Shown in pieces: positions 26,385 to 36,300 of a stretch of DNA of 54,428 bases. Within the stretch, counting starts at the first letter, position 1, and every line of letters starts with the position of its first letter. Location: the IMG/VR virus record IMGVR_UViG_3300021964_000091, positions 1 to 54,428 of that record; one strand, given 5' to 3'. A program made the translations under genes and the position numbers. The notes below the pieces were generated by a model. That model searched no databases. It was given only the letters and a program-made list of their open reading frames with translations, and was not told the DNA's origin. The stretch comes from a virus (lineage: Duplodnaviria > Caudoviricetes).

Positions 26385-27921
26385 ACAAGCACAAGCTTTA
26401 GCACTAAACCTAAAGCATCCTAACAAGGTGTTGGAGTGTATTCCAACGGCCAAGAAGATGTCGTATAACGGAACAGAACTTGTTGTTACACCTCATCGTA
26501 ATGATGAAGTTAAGATACTGCGTAACCTAGGCATCAAAGCACCTGCACCTATACTACATTATTATAAATGGTCGGGTAGGTTTGAACCCTATGACCATCA
26601 AAAGATGACATCTGCTTTTCTGACAATGAATAGGAGAGCGTTGGTACTGAATGAGATCGGTACAGGTAAGACACAGTCTGCACTTTGGGCGGCTGATTAT
26701 CTTATACAAATAGGTGTCGTAAGTAAAGTTTTAATTATATCCCCACTGTCTACCCTTGAACGAGTATGGGGTGACAGTATCTTTATGAACTTCCCACATC
26801 TTAGGTCAGTAACTTTACACGGAACAAGTGAACGTAGAAAGAAACTACTAAAGACTGACTGTCATTTTTACATCATAAACCATGATGGATTCCCTATTAT
26901 ATTAGATGAAGTTAAAGATATGTTTGACCTTATCATCATTGATGAGGCGGCTGTCTATCGCAACCCATCTACTAATCGTTTCAAACTGCTCAGGAAGTTT
27001 ATGGCTCAGCACATCACAACACGTTTGTGGTTGATGACAGGTACACCCACGCCGAATGCACCGACAGACGCATGGGCATTGGCTAAACTTGCAGACAGTC
27101 CGAACTTGACACAAACGTATACAGCGTTTAGAGAAGCTGTTATGATGAAGGTCGGACAATGGAAATGGATACCACGCCCTGAGTCTATCGAGGTTGTAAA
27201 GTATATGTTAACCCCTGCTGTAAGATACACTAGGGATGAATGCTTTGACCTACCTGATACCGTATTCCAAACACGGAAAGTTGAACTTACCAAAGATCAG
27301 AAAGAACACTATCAAAAAATGCTTAAGCACTTCATTACAGAACATACCGCAGGTGAAACTATTACTGCTGTAAACGAGGCTGTAAAGTTGCAGAAGCTAG
27401 TACAGATATCTTGTGGTGTTGTCTATGGTGATGACGGACAACACATTGAGGTTGATTGTAAACCTAGAGTTAACATCGTTAAGGAGGTGATAGATGAAGT
27501 AGGTGGTAAGGTAATAGTTTTTGTACCCTTAACAGGTACATTAAGAATGCTAGAGAGGGAACTCTCTAAGCAATGGAGTGTTAGTGTAGTCAATGGGGAG
27601 GTCTCAGCTACCAAGCGTAATGAGATATTCCATAACTTCCAACACGCAAAAGACCCTCACGTTTTGATTGCTCACCCTGCGACTATGGCTCATGGGCTAA
27701 CCTTGACTGCCGCATCTACGGTGATCTGGTATGGGCCAGTAACAAGCAACGAACAATATGTTCAGGCGAATGGTCGAATCGAGAGGATAGGTAAGAAGCA
27801 TGTCTCTAACATCGTACATATAGAAGCAACAGAACTAGAGTACAGGATGTATGACAGGCTTAAAAATAAACAAAAACTACAGGGTCTGTTGCTTGACCTT
27901 ATAGAAAATGAAACGAGGTAA
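26371..27921 (+). CDS. SNF2-family (SF2) helicase
   Basis: EIGTGKT, IIDE, MTGTP, HGLTL and QANGRIERIG motifs. Confidence 0.9.
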   Translation: MLVVEQAQALALNLKHPNKVLECIPTAKKMSYNGTELVVTPHRNDEVKILRNLGIKAPAPILHYYKWSGRFEPYDHQKMTSAFLTMNRRALVLNEIGTGKTQSALWAADYLIQIGVVSKVLIISPLSTLERVWGDSIFMNFPHLRSVTLHGTSERRKKLLKTDCHFYIINHDGFPIILDEVKDMFDLIIIDEAAVYRNPSTNRFKLLRKFMAQHITTRLWLMTGTPTPNAPTDAWALAKLADSPNLTQTYTAFREAVMMKVGQWKWIPRPESIEVVKYMLTPAVRYTRDECFDLPDTVFQTRKVELTKDQKEHYQKMLKHFITEHTAGETITAVNEAVKLQKLVQISCGVVYGDDGQHIEVDCKPRVNIVKEVIDEVGGKVIVFVPLTGTLRMLERELSKQWSVSVVNGEVSATKRNEIFHNFQHAKDPHVLIAHPATMAHGLTLTAASTVIWYGPVTSNEQYVQANGRIERIGKKHVSNIVHIEATELEYRMYDRLKNKQKLQGLLLDLIENETR

Positions 27922-27925
27922 TGAC

Positions 27926-28339
27926 ATGACTGACTTAGTTTTGACTGTTGATACAGTCATCGATACATACCTTAAGCTACGCAACAAGAAGGAATCCATT
28001 GAGTCTGAGACTAAAGAAAGAGTCAAAGGTATCAAGGAGAATATGGCAAAGCTTGAGGGGTGGATTAAAGAACAAGCAGACAATCAAGGTGTAAAGTCTT
28101 TTAAAACTGACCATGGTACTGCGTTCTTAACCACTACTGATTTCGCACAGGTTGCAGATTGGGATGCAGTGCTGTCCTTTATTAAGGATAACGATGCTTT
28201 CGATATGCTTGAGAAGCGAGTTAGTAAGACTGCTGTACGAGGTTATATCGATAAGAATAAAACCGTACCATCAGGTGTGAACTACGGAACACGCATAGAT
28301 GTAAACGTCCGTAAACCAGTAGCGAAGGCGGATGAGTGA
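27926..28339 (+). CDS. Hypothetical replication-region protein (coiled coil plus V.DW domain)
   Basis: Start moved to ATG 27926 (GAGG RBS). Confidence 0.75.
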   Translation: MTDLVLTVDTVIDTYLKLRNKKESIESETKERVKGIKENMAKLEGWIKEQADNQGVKSFKTDHGTAFLTTTDFAQVADWDAVLSFIKDNDAFDMLEKRVSKTAVRGYIDKNKTVPSGVNYGTRIDVNVRKPVAKADE

Positions 28340-29034
28340 TGATTGGTTCTAAACTATCCATAAAGAACTCACGCTTTCATATCGTGACTGATGCAGGTGA
28401 CGCTCAACTTACCACAACAAATCTGAACGTGGTGATTGTTGGTGCTAACCCGCGTCTGTCTAAAGTATGGTATGCAGGTGATTACACTGTGGATAGGGAA
28501 TCATCTACACCTGACTGCTTCTCTCTTAACGGTGAAACTCCTAGCGATAGGAGTGAGTTAAAACAGAATGACCTATGTGCATCATGTCCACAAAACGCAT
28601 GGGGTTCTAAGATTACGCCTGAAGGACGCAAGGTTAAAGCTTGCGCTGACCAAAAGCGATTAGCTTTGGTAATGGCGGATAAGACAGATGGAGATATCTA
28701 TCTGTTACAAGTCACGCCTTCTTCTCTTGGCAATCTTAATGCTTATCAGAAGACTCTACAAACTAGGGGTATTGCACCTGACATTGCAATCACCACGATA
28801 TCGTTCGATACGAATGTATCTTTCCCTAAGTTGAAGTTCTCCTTTGGAGGTTTCAACACTGAGAAGATGCAACGTAATGTCGATAAGTTGATAGGGACTG
28901 ATAGCGTCAAGGTTATTACAGGAGAAGTTGCTGTCGTGAGTGGGCAAACACCTACCGCTTCTGACTTTGGATTTACAGAAGAAGTAGGTTTCAATCAAAC
29001 TGAACATGAACTAGGAGGTTCAAATGGCAAATAA
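28336..29034 (+). CDS. Cys-motif protein, possibly Zn-binding ssDNA-binding or recombination factor
   Basis: PDCFS...CASCPQNAWGS...KAC pattern. Confidence 0.6.
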   Translation: MMIGSKLSIKNSRFHIVTDAGDAQLTTTNLNVVIVGANPRLSKVWYAGDYTVDRESSTPDCFSLNGETPSDRSELKQNDLCASCPQNAWGSKITPEGRKVKACADQKRLALVMADKTDGDIYLLQVTPSSLGNLNAYQKTLQTRGIAPDIAITTISFDTNVSFPKLKFSFGGFNTEKMQRNVDKLIGTDSVKVITGEVAVVSGQTPTASDFGFTEEVGFNQTEHELGGSNGK

Positions 29035-29749
29035 ATCTTTTACAACCGCAAAGGGTGTGGCTTACTACCCTTATATCTCTGCTCCCGATACGAAGTTCGA
29101 TGAGCAAGGACATTACAAAGTAAACCTGTGTCTTTCAAAAGAAGATGCAAAGCCTGTAACTGATCTCATTCAAGCTGAGATTCTTGCAGGTATTAAATCT
29201 TTGAAAGAAGCGAAGCCTAATAAAGCAATTAAGCAAGCACCACTACCATTTAGTGATGAGTTGGATGAGGAAACTGGTGAACCCACTGGTAATGTAATCA
29301 TCAAGTTCAAATCTAAAGCGGCATATAAACCTGCTGTGTTTGATGCTAAGGGTCAGATGATGCCTAAGCACAACATCTATGGTGGCTCTGTTGTTAAGGT
29401 AAATGGTGGCTGTGCTTTCTACGAATCACCATCTGTTGGTGCAGGTGTAACCCTACGTCTGAGAGCAGTACAGGTGATTGAATATGTAGAAGGCTCAAGC
29501 GGTGCAGGTAAGTTCGGCTTTGGTGAAGAAGTTGGTTTCACTATGGACGAAGAAGTTGAGACAGAAGATACTAACGTGTCTATTGAAGTCAACGAAACAG
29601 TTGCACCTAAAGCACCTGAACCTGTTGTGGCTAAACCTACACCGAAACCTGTAGTCGAAGAACCAAAGCCTGCACCTAAAGCAAGTGCAGAAGCTGATGA
29701 TCTTGCGGCACAGATTGCGGCTCTTGTAGGAGAGCATGCTGATGACTAA
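29024..29749 (+). CDS. Single-stranded DNA-binding protein (T7 gp2.5-like) with Pro/Lys/Glu tail
   Basis: FTT.KG...YP...PD.KF...G.YK, IYGGS.VK and GVTLRLRAVQVIE motifs; acidic C-terminus. Confidence 0.8.
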   Translation: MANKSFTTAKGVAYYPYISAPDTKFDEQGHYKVNLCLSKEDAKPVTDLIQAEILAGIKSLKEAKPNKAIKQAPLPFSDELDEETGEPTGNVIIKFKSKAAYKPAVFDAKGQMMPKHNIYGGSVVKVNGGCAFYESPSVGAGVTLRLRAVQVIEYVEGSSGAGKFGFGEEVGFTMDEEVETEDTNVSIEVNETVAPKAPEPVVAKPTPKPVVEEPKPAPKASAEADDLAAQIAALVGEHADD

Positions 29750-30026
29750 TCCTTCTCCTCTAGACTTCAAAAAAGTTGAAGCTTTGAGGAAGCATATGCT
29801 TCTTACAACCTCCAATATGGCTGAGTTGTTAGAGGTGTCTCGTATGACTTACTACGGATGGGTAAAAGGTAAGCCCATCCGTCAGAAGAATGATGATAAA
29901 GTACGAGAAATCTTAAGGAAAATGCTGTCTATTCTTAATGATGGATGGCCTCAACCTGAGATTATTGCACTGGAACAGAAGGAACGCTTCAAGAGGCTTC
30001 TTGAGATTTTTAAAGAAAACGAGTAA
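29742..30026 (+). CDS. XRE-family HTH transcriptional regulator
   Basis: LRKHMLLTTSNMAELLEVSRMTYYGWVKG HTH; start is 29736 or 29742. Confidence 0.75.
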   Translation: MTNPSPLDFKKVEALRKHMLLTTSNMAELLEVSRMTYYGWVKGKPIRQKNDDKVREILRKMLSILNDGWPQPEIIALEQKERFKRLLEIFKENE

Positions 30027-30036
30027 ACTGACCAAA

Positions 30037-30056
30037 GGGAGGGAATATTCCCTCCC
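30037..30056. repeat. Perfect 20-bp palindrome GGGAGGGAATATTCCCTCCC
   Basis: Intergenic between the HTH and primase genes; no U-tract. Confidence 0.8.
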
Positions 30057-30080
30057 GAAGGTCATGAAGGTAGGGCAAAT

Positions 30081-32936
30081 ATGAACACGTTGGAGTTTCT
30101 TCAGCGAGTCCTGCCGGACGAAGGATACTATGTTACTACTGTCATCAACCCTAATGGGAGACAGCAAGGATTCTTCAACACGGTAGAGGAACTCGCAAAA
30201 ATATGTGAGAGATTAGATAAGACAAATAATAATACTTACTTTGCTATCTCCGCATTTAGAGAAAAGGGTAATAGAAAACAGGATAACGTCAGGGCTACCA
30301 AGGTAGTAGCTATTGATGTTGACTGTGGTGAATCAAAACCATTTCCTTCTTGGAAGGAAGGGCTTGTAGCACTAGGTAAATTTGTAGATGAACTGAGTTT
30401 ACCTAAACCTATGATAATCCATTCGGGTAATGGGCTACATGTATACTGGGTATTAGAAGAAGAACTAGAACCCGAAGAATGGAAACCTCTAGCCGAAGCT
30501 ATGAAGCAGGCGGCTATCTCAAAAAAGTTTGAAATCGATGCAGGACTTACCGCTAATAGTGCGTTGGTCTTACGTCCTGTAGGAACACACAATCCTAAGA
30601 ACGGCAACGAGGTGAAGTTGTTGGTGGATGCTGAGCCTGTCAAAAGTTTGACACTCAAGGATAAGCTATCTTATTACTACAAAGCACCCGCTGCAGCTCA
30701 CGAAGGTCACACTCGTGACAACACATTGTTAGACAACTTAGCAGTTAAGAAAGAGTTTCCTCCTGCTGTTGGGTCTGTTGTTGCTAGTAAGTGTAAACAG
30801 ATTGAATGGGCTGTCGATAACCAAGACAAAGTAGATGAACCATTATGGTATGACTTAATCGGAGTCGCCGCATACTGCGTTGATCCTGAGAACACAGCGT
30901 TAGAATGGAGTAAAGGTCATACTAAATACAGTGAGAAGGATACCATACAGAAACTTACTCACTGGAGAGAGTCCGCTACTGGCCCGGCAACATGTCAGAA
31001 GTTCGAGAATGATAGACCGAATGGATGCCGTGGTTGTAAATACAAAGGCAAGATTGGATCACCTGCTAGATTAGGTGTTCAATATCAAGAAGTAGCTGTA
31101 TCACAGGAAGCACCTGATACAGATGCAAACTCTATCCCAATTCCAAAACCATTCAAACGTACTAGAGATGGTATCAAAGTTACCATTGATGACACTGATA
31201 TAGATGTCTGTAAGTTTGATATATATCCTGTAGCTTATGGTTATGATGAATCATTAGGCTATGAGACTGTTAGATTCCACTGGCATAGAACACACATTGG
31301 ATGGACAGAACTTGTTTTACGACAAGCGTACCTAACAGAAGGCAACCGAGAATTTGCTACAGCAATAGCAGATCAAGGGATAGTGTTATATAACAAAAGA
31401 CAAACGGAGTATTTTCAGCTTATGTTACGATCATATATGGACGAGCTGAGACAAATCCGTAAGATGACTAACCTGTATTCCACTATGGGTTGGAAAGAAA
31501 AGAACACGGCATTTGTCTTAGGCAACACTTTAATAAGACGCGATGCCGATGGCATTGTGAATGAAGAAACAATTAACCTTGCGTCTACAGTTCAAAGACA
31601 AGGCGCAGAGTTATACAATCTCAAGGGTTCATTAGAACAGTGGATTGCACTCACCAGCATACTAGAGAAAGGACATTTGTACACACATATGTTTGCACTA
31701 GGTGTTGGATTCTCTGCACCACTTTATAATTTTACTGGACTCAAAGGTTTGACTGTGTCCCTTTACGGCCCTACCGGAGGTGGTAAAACCCTCGCACAGT
31801 ATTGGGCGCAGTCAATTTATGGTAACCCTGACAAGCTACATTTTGCGGCTAAGTATACGCAGAATAGTTTGTTCACTAGGCTAGGGACTTACGCCAACTT
31901 ACCTCTGACTATCGATGAGGTAACTATGATGAACGATAAGGAAGTCGGTGACTTCTGTTATTGGGTATCACAAGGTAGAGATAAGGCTAGGCTTAACCGT
32001 AATGCAGAGGAACGTGATGCTAAGACATGGGCTACACCTGTTATAGTATCCACCAACAAGTCTCTACAAAGTAAGCTGATTGCTTCTGGTCTGGATACAG
32101 ATGCACAGATGGCTAGATTACTAGAACTTACCATCCCTGCTACACCTATATTCACTAGAGGAACAGATGTTGGTAAAAAAATATACGAGTCTATCCATGC
32201 AAACTACGGTCATGTAGGTAGAATATTTCTAAAGAAGTTAGTAGAGATGGGCGAGGAAGGTATATCCGCCGTTATTGCTGAAGCATCACAGAACTTTAGA
32301 AAGAAATATAAAGCTAACTTCTCAGGTCAAGAACGGTATTGGGAACAAGCAATCATCTTATCAGACTTAGCTATGTCATTAGCTGATGAATGGAATCTAA
32401 TACAGTTTGATTATCACCAGTCGACTGAGTGGGTATTGTCTCAGATTGGCGCTATCCGTAGAACAGTTCAAGAGAATCAGGTTGATGCGTTTGATCTGAT
32501 AGCAGAATACATGGCTGACTCTGCTGATTCACAAGTAACAATCATGCACACATCAGGTCAGAAACCACAGCCTGATTTCAGTCGTATGCCTAGAAACGAT
32601 ATCCGTGTACGTCTTGATGTCTATCGTAAATCAGCGGCAGACCCGTTTGATAAAGGCACGATGATGATAGACCGTACTCATTTCCGTAAGTGGTTATCAG
32701 TACGCGGAGCTGACTACAAGACATTCAAACAGGAACTTACTGAGGAGAATGCAGTTGCTACTCCTAAGTCAGAGAAAGCATCAATGGGTAAAGATACACC
32801 AGTTAAACTAGCACAGACTTATGTGATTGGTTTAAACCTGACTCACCCACGCTTTCAAAACTTATTAGAGAATGCTGATGTAGCGGCTGATGACTTAGCT
32901 TATGGTCAATTACAGGTGGTGAAGAATGATTCTTGA
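30081..32936 (+). CDS. Primase (AEP/RepB-like) fused to DUF927 P-loop helicase
   Basis: AIDVD and HSGNGLHVYW AEP motifs; Cys cluster C...CRGC; Walker A GPTGGGKT; Walker B LTIDE. Confidence 0.88.
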   Translation: MNTLEFLQRVLPDEGYYVTTVINPNGRQQGFFNTVEELAKICERLDKTNNNTYFAISAFREKGNRKQDNVRATKVVAIDVDCGESKPFPSWKEGLVALGKFVDELSLPKPMIIHSGNGLHVYWVLEEELEPEEWKPLAEAMKQAAISKKFEIDAGLTANSALVLRPVGTHNPKNGNEVKLLVDAEPVKSLTLKDKLSYYYKAPAAAHEGHTRDNTLLDNLAVKKEFPPAVGSVVASKCKQIEWAVDNQDKVDEPLWYDLIGVAAYCVDPENTALEWSKGHTKYSEKDTIQKLTHWRESATGPATCQKFENDRPNGCRGCKYKGKIGSPARLGVQYQEVAVSQEAPDTDANSIPIPKPFKRTRDGIKVTIDDTDIDVCKFDIYPVAYGYDESLGYETVRFHWHRTHIGWTELVLRQAYLTEGNREFATAIADQGIVLYNKRQTEYFQLMLRSYMDELRQIRKMTNLYSTMGWKEKNTAFVLGNTLIRRDADGIVNEETINLASTVQRQGAELYNLKGSLEQWIALTSILEKGHLYTHMFALGVGFSAPLYNFTGLKGLTVSLYGPTGGGKTLAQYWAQSIYGNPDKLHFAAKYTQNSLFTRLGTYANLPLTIDEVTMMNDKEVGDFCYWVSQGRDKARLNRNAEERDAKTWATPVIVSTNKSLQSKLIASGLDTDAQMARLLELTIPATPIFTRGTDVGKKIYESIHANYGHVGRIFLKKLVEMGEEGISAVIAEASQNFRKKYKANFSGQERYWEQAIILSDLAMSLADEWNLIQFDYHQSTEWVLSQIGAIRRTVQENQVDAFDLIAEYMADSADSQVTIMHTSGQKPQPDFSRMPRNDIRVRLDVYRKSAADPFDKGTMMIDRTHFRKWLSVRGADYKTFKQELTEENAVATPKSEKASMGKDTPVKLAQTYVIGLNLTHPRFQNLLENADVAADDLAYGQLQVVKNDS

Positions 32937-33372
32937 AGCCGCCACTGCAATGATATGTATGGCTCACGCCATATACTTTGAAGCTAGGTCTGAGTCTACT
33001 GCGGCACAACTTGCTGTGGCACATGTAATCTTTAATAGGGTTGAAGACCCTAGGTTTCCTAACACTGTGTGTGAGGTTGTAACCGAAGGATTACGCCACG
33101 GTTCAGGTGTAATGAAAAGACATAAGTGCCAGTTCAGTTTCTATTGCGACGGAAAACCCGAACAAATTTCCGAACAAATAGCATACAGAAAAGCAGAGTT
33201 AATAGCATACTCAGCCTTAGATACTTACGCACAGTATGATATTACTGATGGAGCCACACATTATCATGCTGATTATGTGGCACCTGCATGGGCTACCGCA
33301 GATAGATTTACTAAGACTACTTGTATAGATAAACATTGTTTCTATAGATTAGAAACTACTGCAAATCGCTAG
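32926..33372 (+). CDS. SleB-like cell wall hydrolase (Hydrolase_2)
   Basis: AIYFEAR, V..VI.NRV...FP.TVC.VV, CQFS, GATHYHA.YV.P.W and H.FY motifs. Confidence 0.9.
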   Translation: MILEAATAMICMAHAIYFEARSESTAAQLAVAHVIFNRVEDPRFPNTVCEVVTEGLRHGSGVMKRHKCQFSFYCDGKPEQISEQIAYRKAELIAYSALDTYAQYDITDGATHYHADYVAPAWATADRFTKTTCIDKHCFYRLETTANR

Positions 33373-36300
33373 GGTCTATACCATATAGTTGCATTAGATC
33401 ATCGATCTCCTGCCTGATATTCTTAGGCGCAAACTTCTTATATCGTAGGATAGTTGGGTTCTTAGCCGCATTGTATGAACGGTTAGCAGACCTAATGAAT
33501 CCTTTGAACTCAAACTCTGTACCTTTATGGTATCGGTTATGCTCGTTCACATCCTGAATAATTCTGTTCATTTCTGCTACATCATTATTTAATTTAGCTT
33601 TTACATATTGCTGAGTGTAAGCCATCTTAAGTGATTTCACATAAGCATCAGTATGTTTTCCTATCCTAACCACATCATTCTGCAGCGTAGCGATTGCAGG
33701 ATAGAAGCCCATCATACGAGCAATAGCAGTCGTTAATGGTACTTCGTTAGAGATTACATTACCTTTGGAATTGGTAATCCTTCCATCGTTTAGATATGTC
33801 CAACCATCAGCCATACCTCGGACTGCTGATACAGGAGAATCACGCAGGATATCTACAAAGTTTGTAGTGTCATCCTTAAGTCCTAATACTTCAGCACCAT
33901 ACTTAGCTAGTTGACCACCTGTAGCAAACATACCTTGGATACCGTTATATACAGGGCCAAGGAAGTTCTCAGCTTCACGCCATGGGTCTGCACCTGCTTT
34001 AAGTGCGCCTGATAGTGGGATCAAATCACCAAAACCTAGTCGAGTAGATATGGTTGCACCAGTGAATCGGTCTATGAAACCACGCATTAATACTTGTGAT
34101 GACCCCGGATACACACTGTCAAAGAACGTGGCAAGTTCTTTCTCTATGCTTGCCATCTTAATACCGAACATCTGAGCAAGAGTATCAACCAAATCCATTA
34201 GGTCATCTGCAAATGGTAGTCCTTTCAATCCTGATGCAAACAGTAGCATACCTAGGAATATTGCACGTTCCTTAGTAGCCATTCCTCTCATCAACTGAAC
34301 GCTGATAATAACGAATTGTTTATACATAAATACATATTGGAGTACGTTACCACGAGCCATCTCTGGTCGGTTATACATAGCGTATTCACCTTGAGATGTG
34401 TTCACAGCTTTACGTCCAAATTCTGACGCACGTTCCTGTGCTTCAGCTTGTGTAGCACCTGCCGCTAGTTGTCTTTCTCTTTCAAGTCTATAAGCCGCCA
34501 TGAATGTAGTTCTACGGTTCATCTGCTCTGTGTAAGAGAACATAGACATCCATGCTTTAATAGCAGATGCAGTCTTATTACTATTCACACCACCCCTAGC
34601 AGTACCTACTAGTGCATTGAATTGTGCCGCTTGTAGTACGCCTTCTGCTGTAGCATCTCGTAAGGCTATGGCTTCGTCTTCTGATAGACCATGTTTCTGC
34701 TGTAGTTCTGTGTTGTTAGCAACCTCATTAACATAACTATAATTAGCAAGATTCTTATTCCACATATTACCTGATGATCTCATCATGGCTGCTGCCGATA
34801 AAGTCATACCAAATCCACCACCATAACCACGTTTAGGGTTATAGGTACTTAGATAAGGGATAGAGTGGGTTACCATTGAGATGGCGTTAATAGCTGCTGT
34901 AGCTACTGATCCACCCAACTGGAATAAGACAGCAAACAATTTGAAACGAGAACCGACTTCACCTGACAACATATCTTCTGTTGACTGATCGATGTTAGCC
35001 GCGTCAGAGTACCAAGCAAGAAGTCGTTTAGCTTCTTCTCTATAGTTTTCACCTCGGCCTTCAGTCTGTGCTTTTTTAGACTGTCTGGTTCCATCACCAT
35101 TTGCTTTACCATATAGATTAACAGTTTTACTTCTACCTACATCAGCACTGTATTGGTACATAGCTGCATAAGCATCGTATTCTTGGCGAGCAATCTTAAT
35201 TCTTTCAGGGTTACCCTGTCTTTCTGCTCTGAGCATAGCATCTTCAAGACGCTTAAGTTTCTCAGGGTTACCTCTCCACATGCTGTTATCAAGCATGATT
35301 CGATTTAGTTTGTGGCGATAAAAAGTCTTACCGGCAATATGACCTTGAGTCTCAAGATGCTCGGATACACTACGAACTACGTCAGTATCCCATCCTGCTA
35401 CGCCTGAACGTTGTAGGCTACGTCTTGCTCGTTCACCCTGTTTAGTCAAGGCAACAACAATACGCTCACGTTCTTGTGGAGTAATATTAACACTCAATCT
35501 CTGCAATACATCTACGAACTCACTTAGGTTTACTGTGTGAGTCATAGGTTGTGACTGTCTAGCTGTACCAAACTCAGCTTCAAATGTTACTTTAACTTCG
35601 TTTCCGTCGTTATCTAGAACAGTAAACTGTTTACCACCGAATGATTCATCTAAAGCACGTTGAATTTCTCTAGCATCTGCACGACTATTTACTTGGTAGT
35701 AAGGCATAGAACTCTTGTATGCCTCGTCCATATTAACTGCTTTGCCATTAGCCATAGCTTTAACCATGACCTGATACTTACCACGTCTAGTGAATGGTAC
35801 ATATGCACCCATGATAGTACGCTTAGCTAGGAACTCAGCATTAGCATTCTTAACATCTAACAGGTAGATATTCTGGATTGCATTAGTAATATTGTAGGCT
35901 TGGTTCTCACTTAATCCCAACGCATTAAGTCTTTCTAGACCATCAATAATATCTTGGAACTCATCACCTTGGAACTGCTCTGTATTATCAGTGCCTGCTT
36001 TCCAGTCATTAAGTTTGTTTTGATTCCACATTGCACGGTTGATAGCCGCAATAAAGGTCTTAGCTTTCTCAATAGATGCTTCTTTATACTTAAGACCTGC
36101 GCCTTCCTGAACCGCACCTTCTTTATAAAGACGTGTGTATTCATCAATAACTCTACGCAGAGTCTGTATTTCTACAGTAGTAGGAGCGTTACCAGCAGAC
36201 CCAACAACATTTTTAAATCCTTCCAGTGCTTCGTTCTTCTGATCTAATGCAGCACCAAGGTTGGCTTCAAGCACATCAAGTGCAGCTTGGTTTACCGCAG

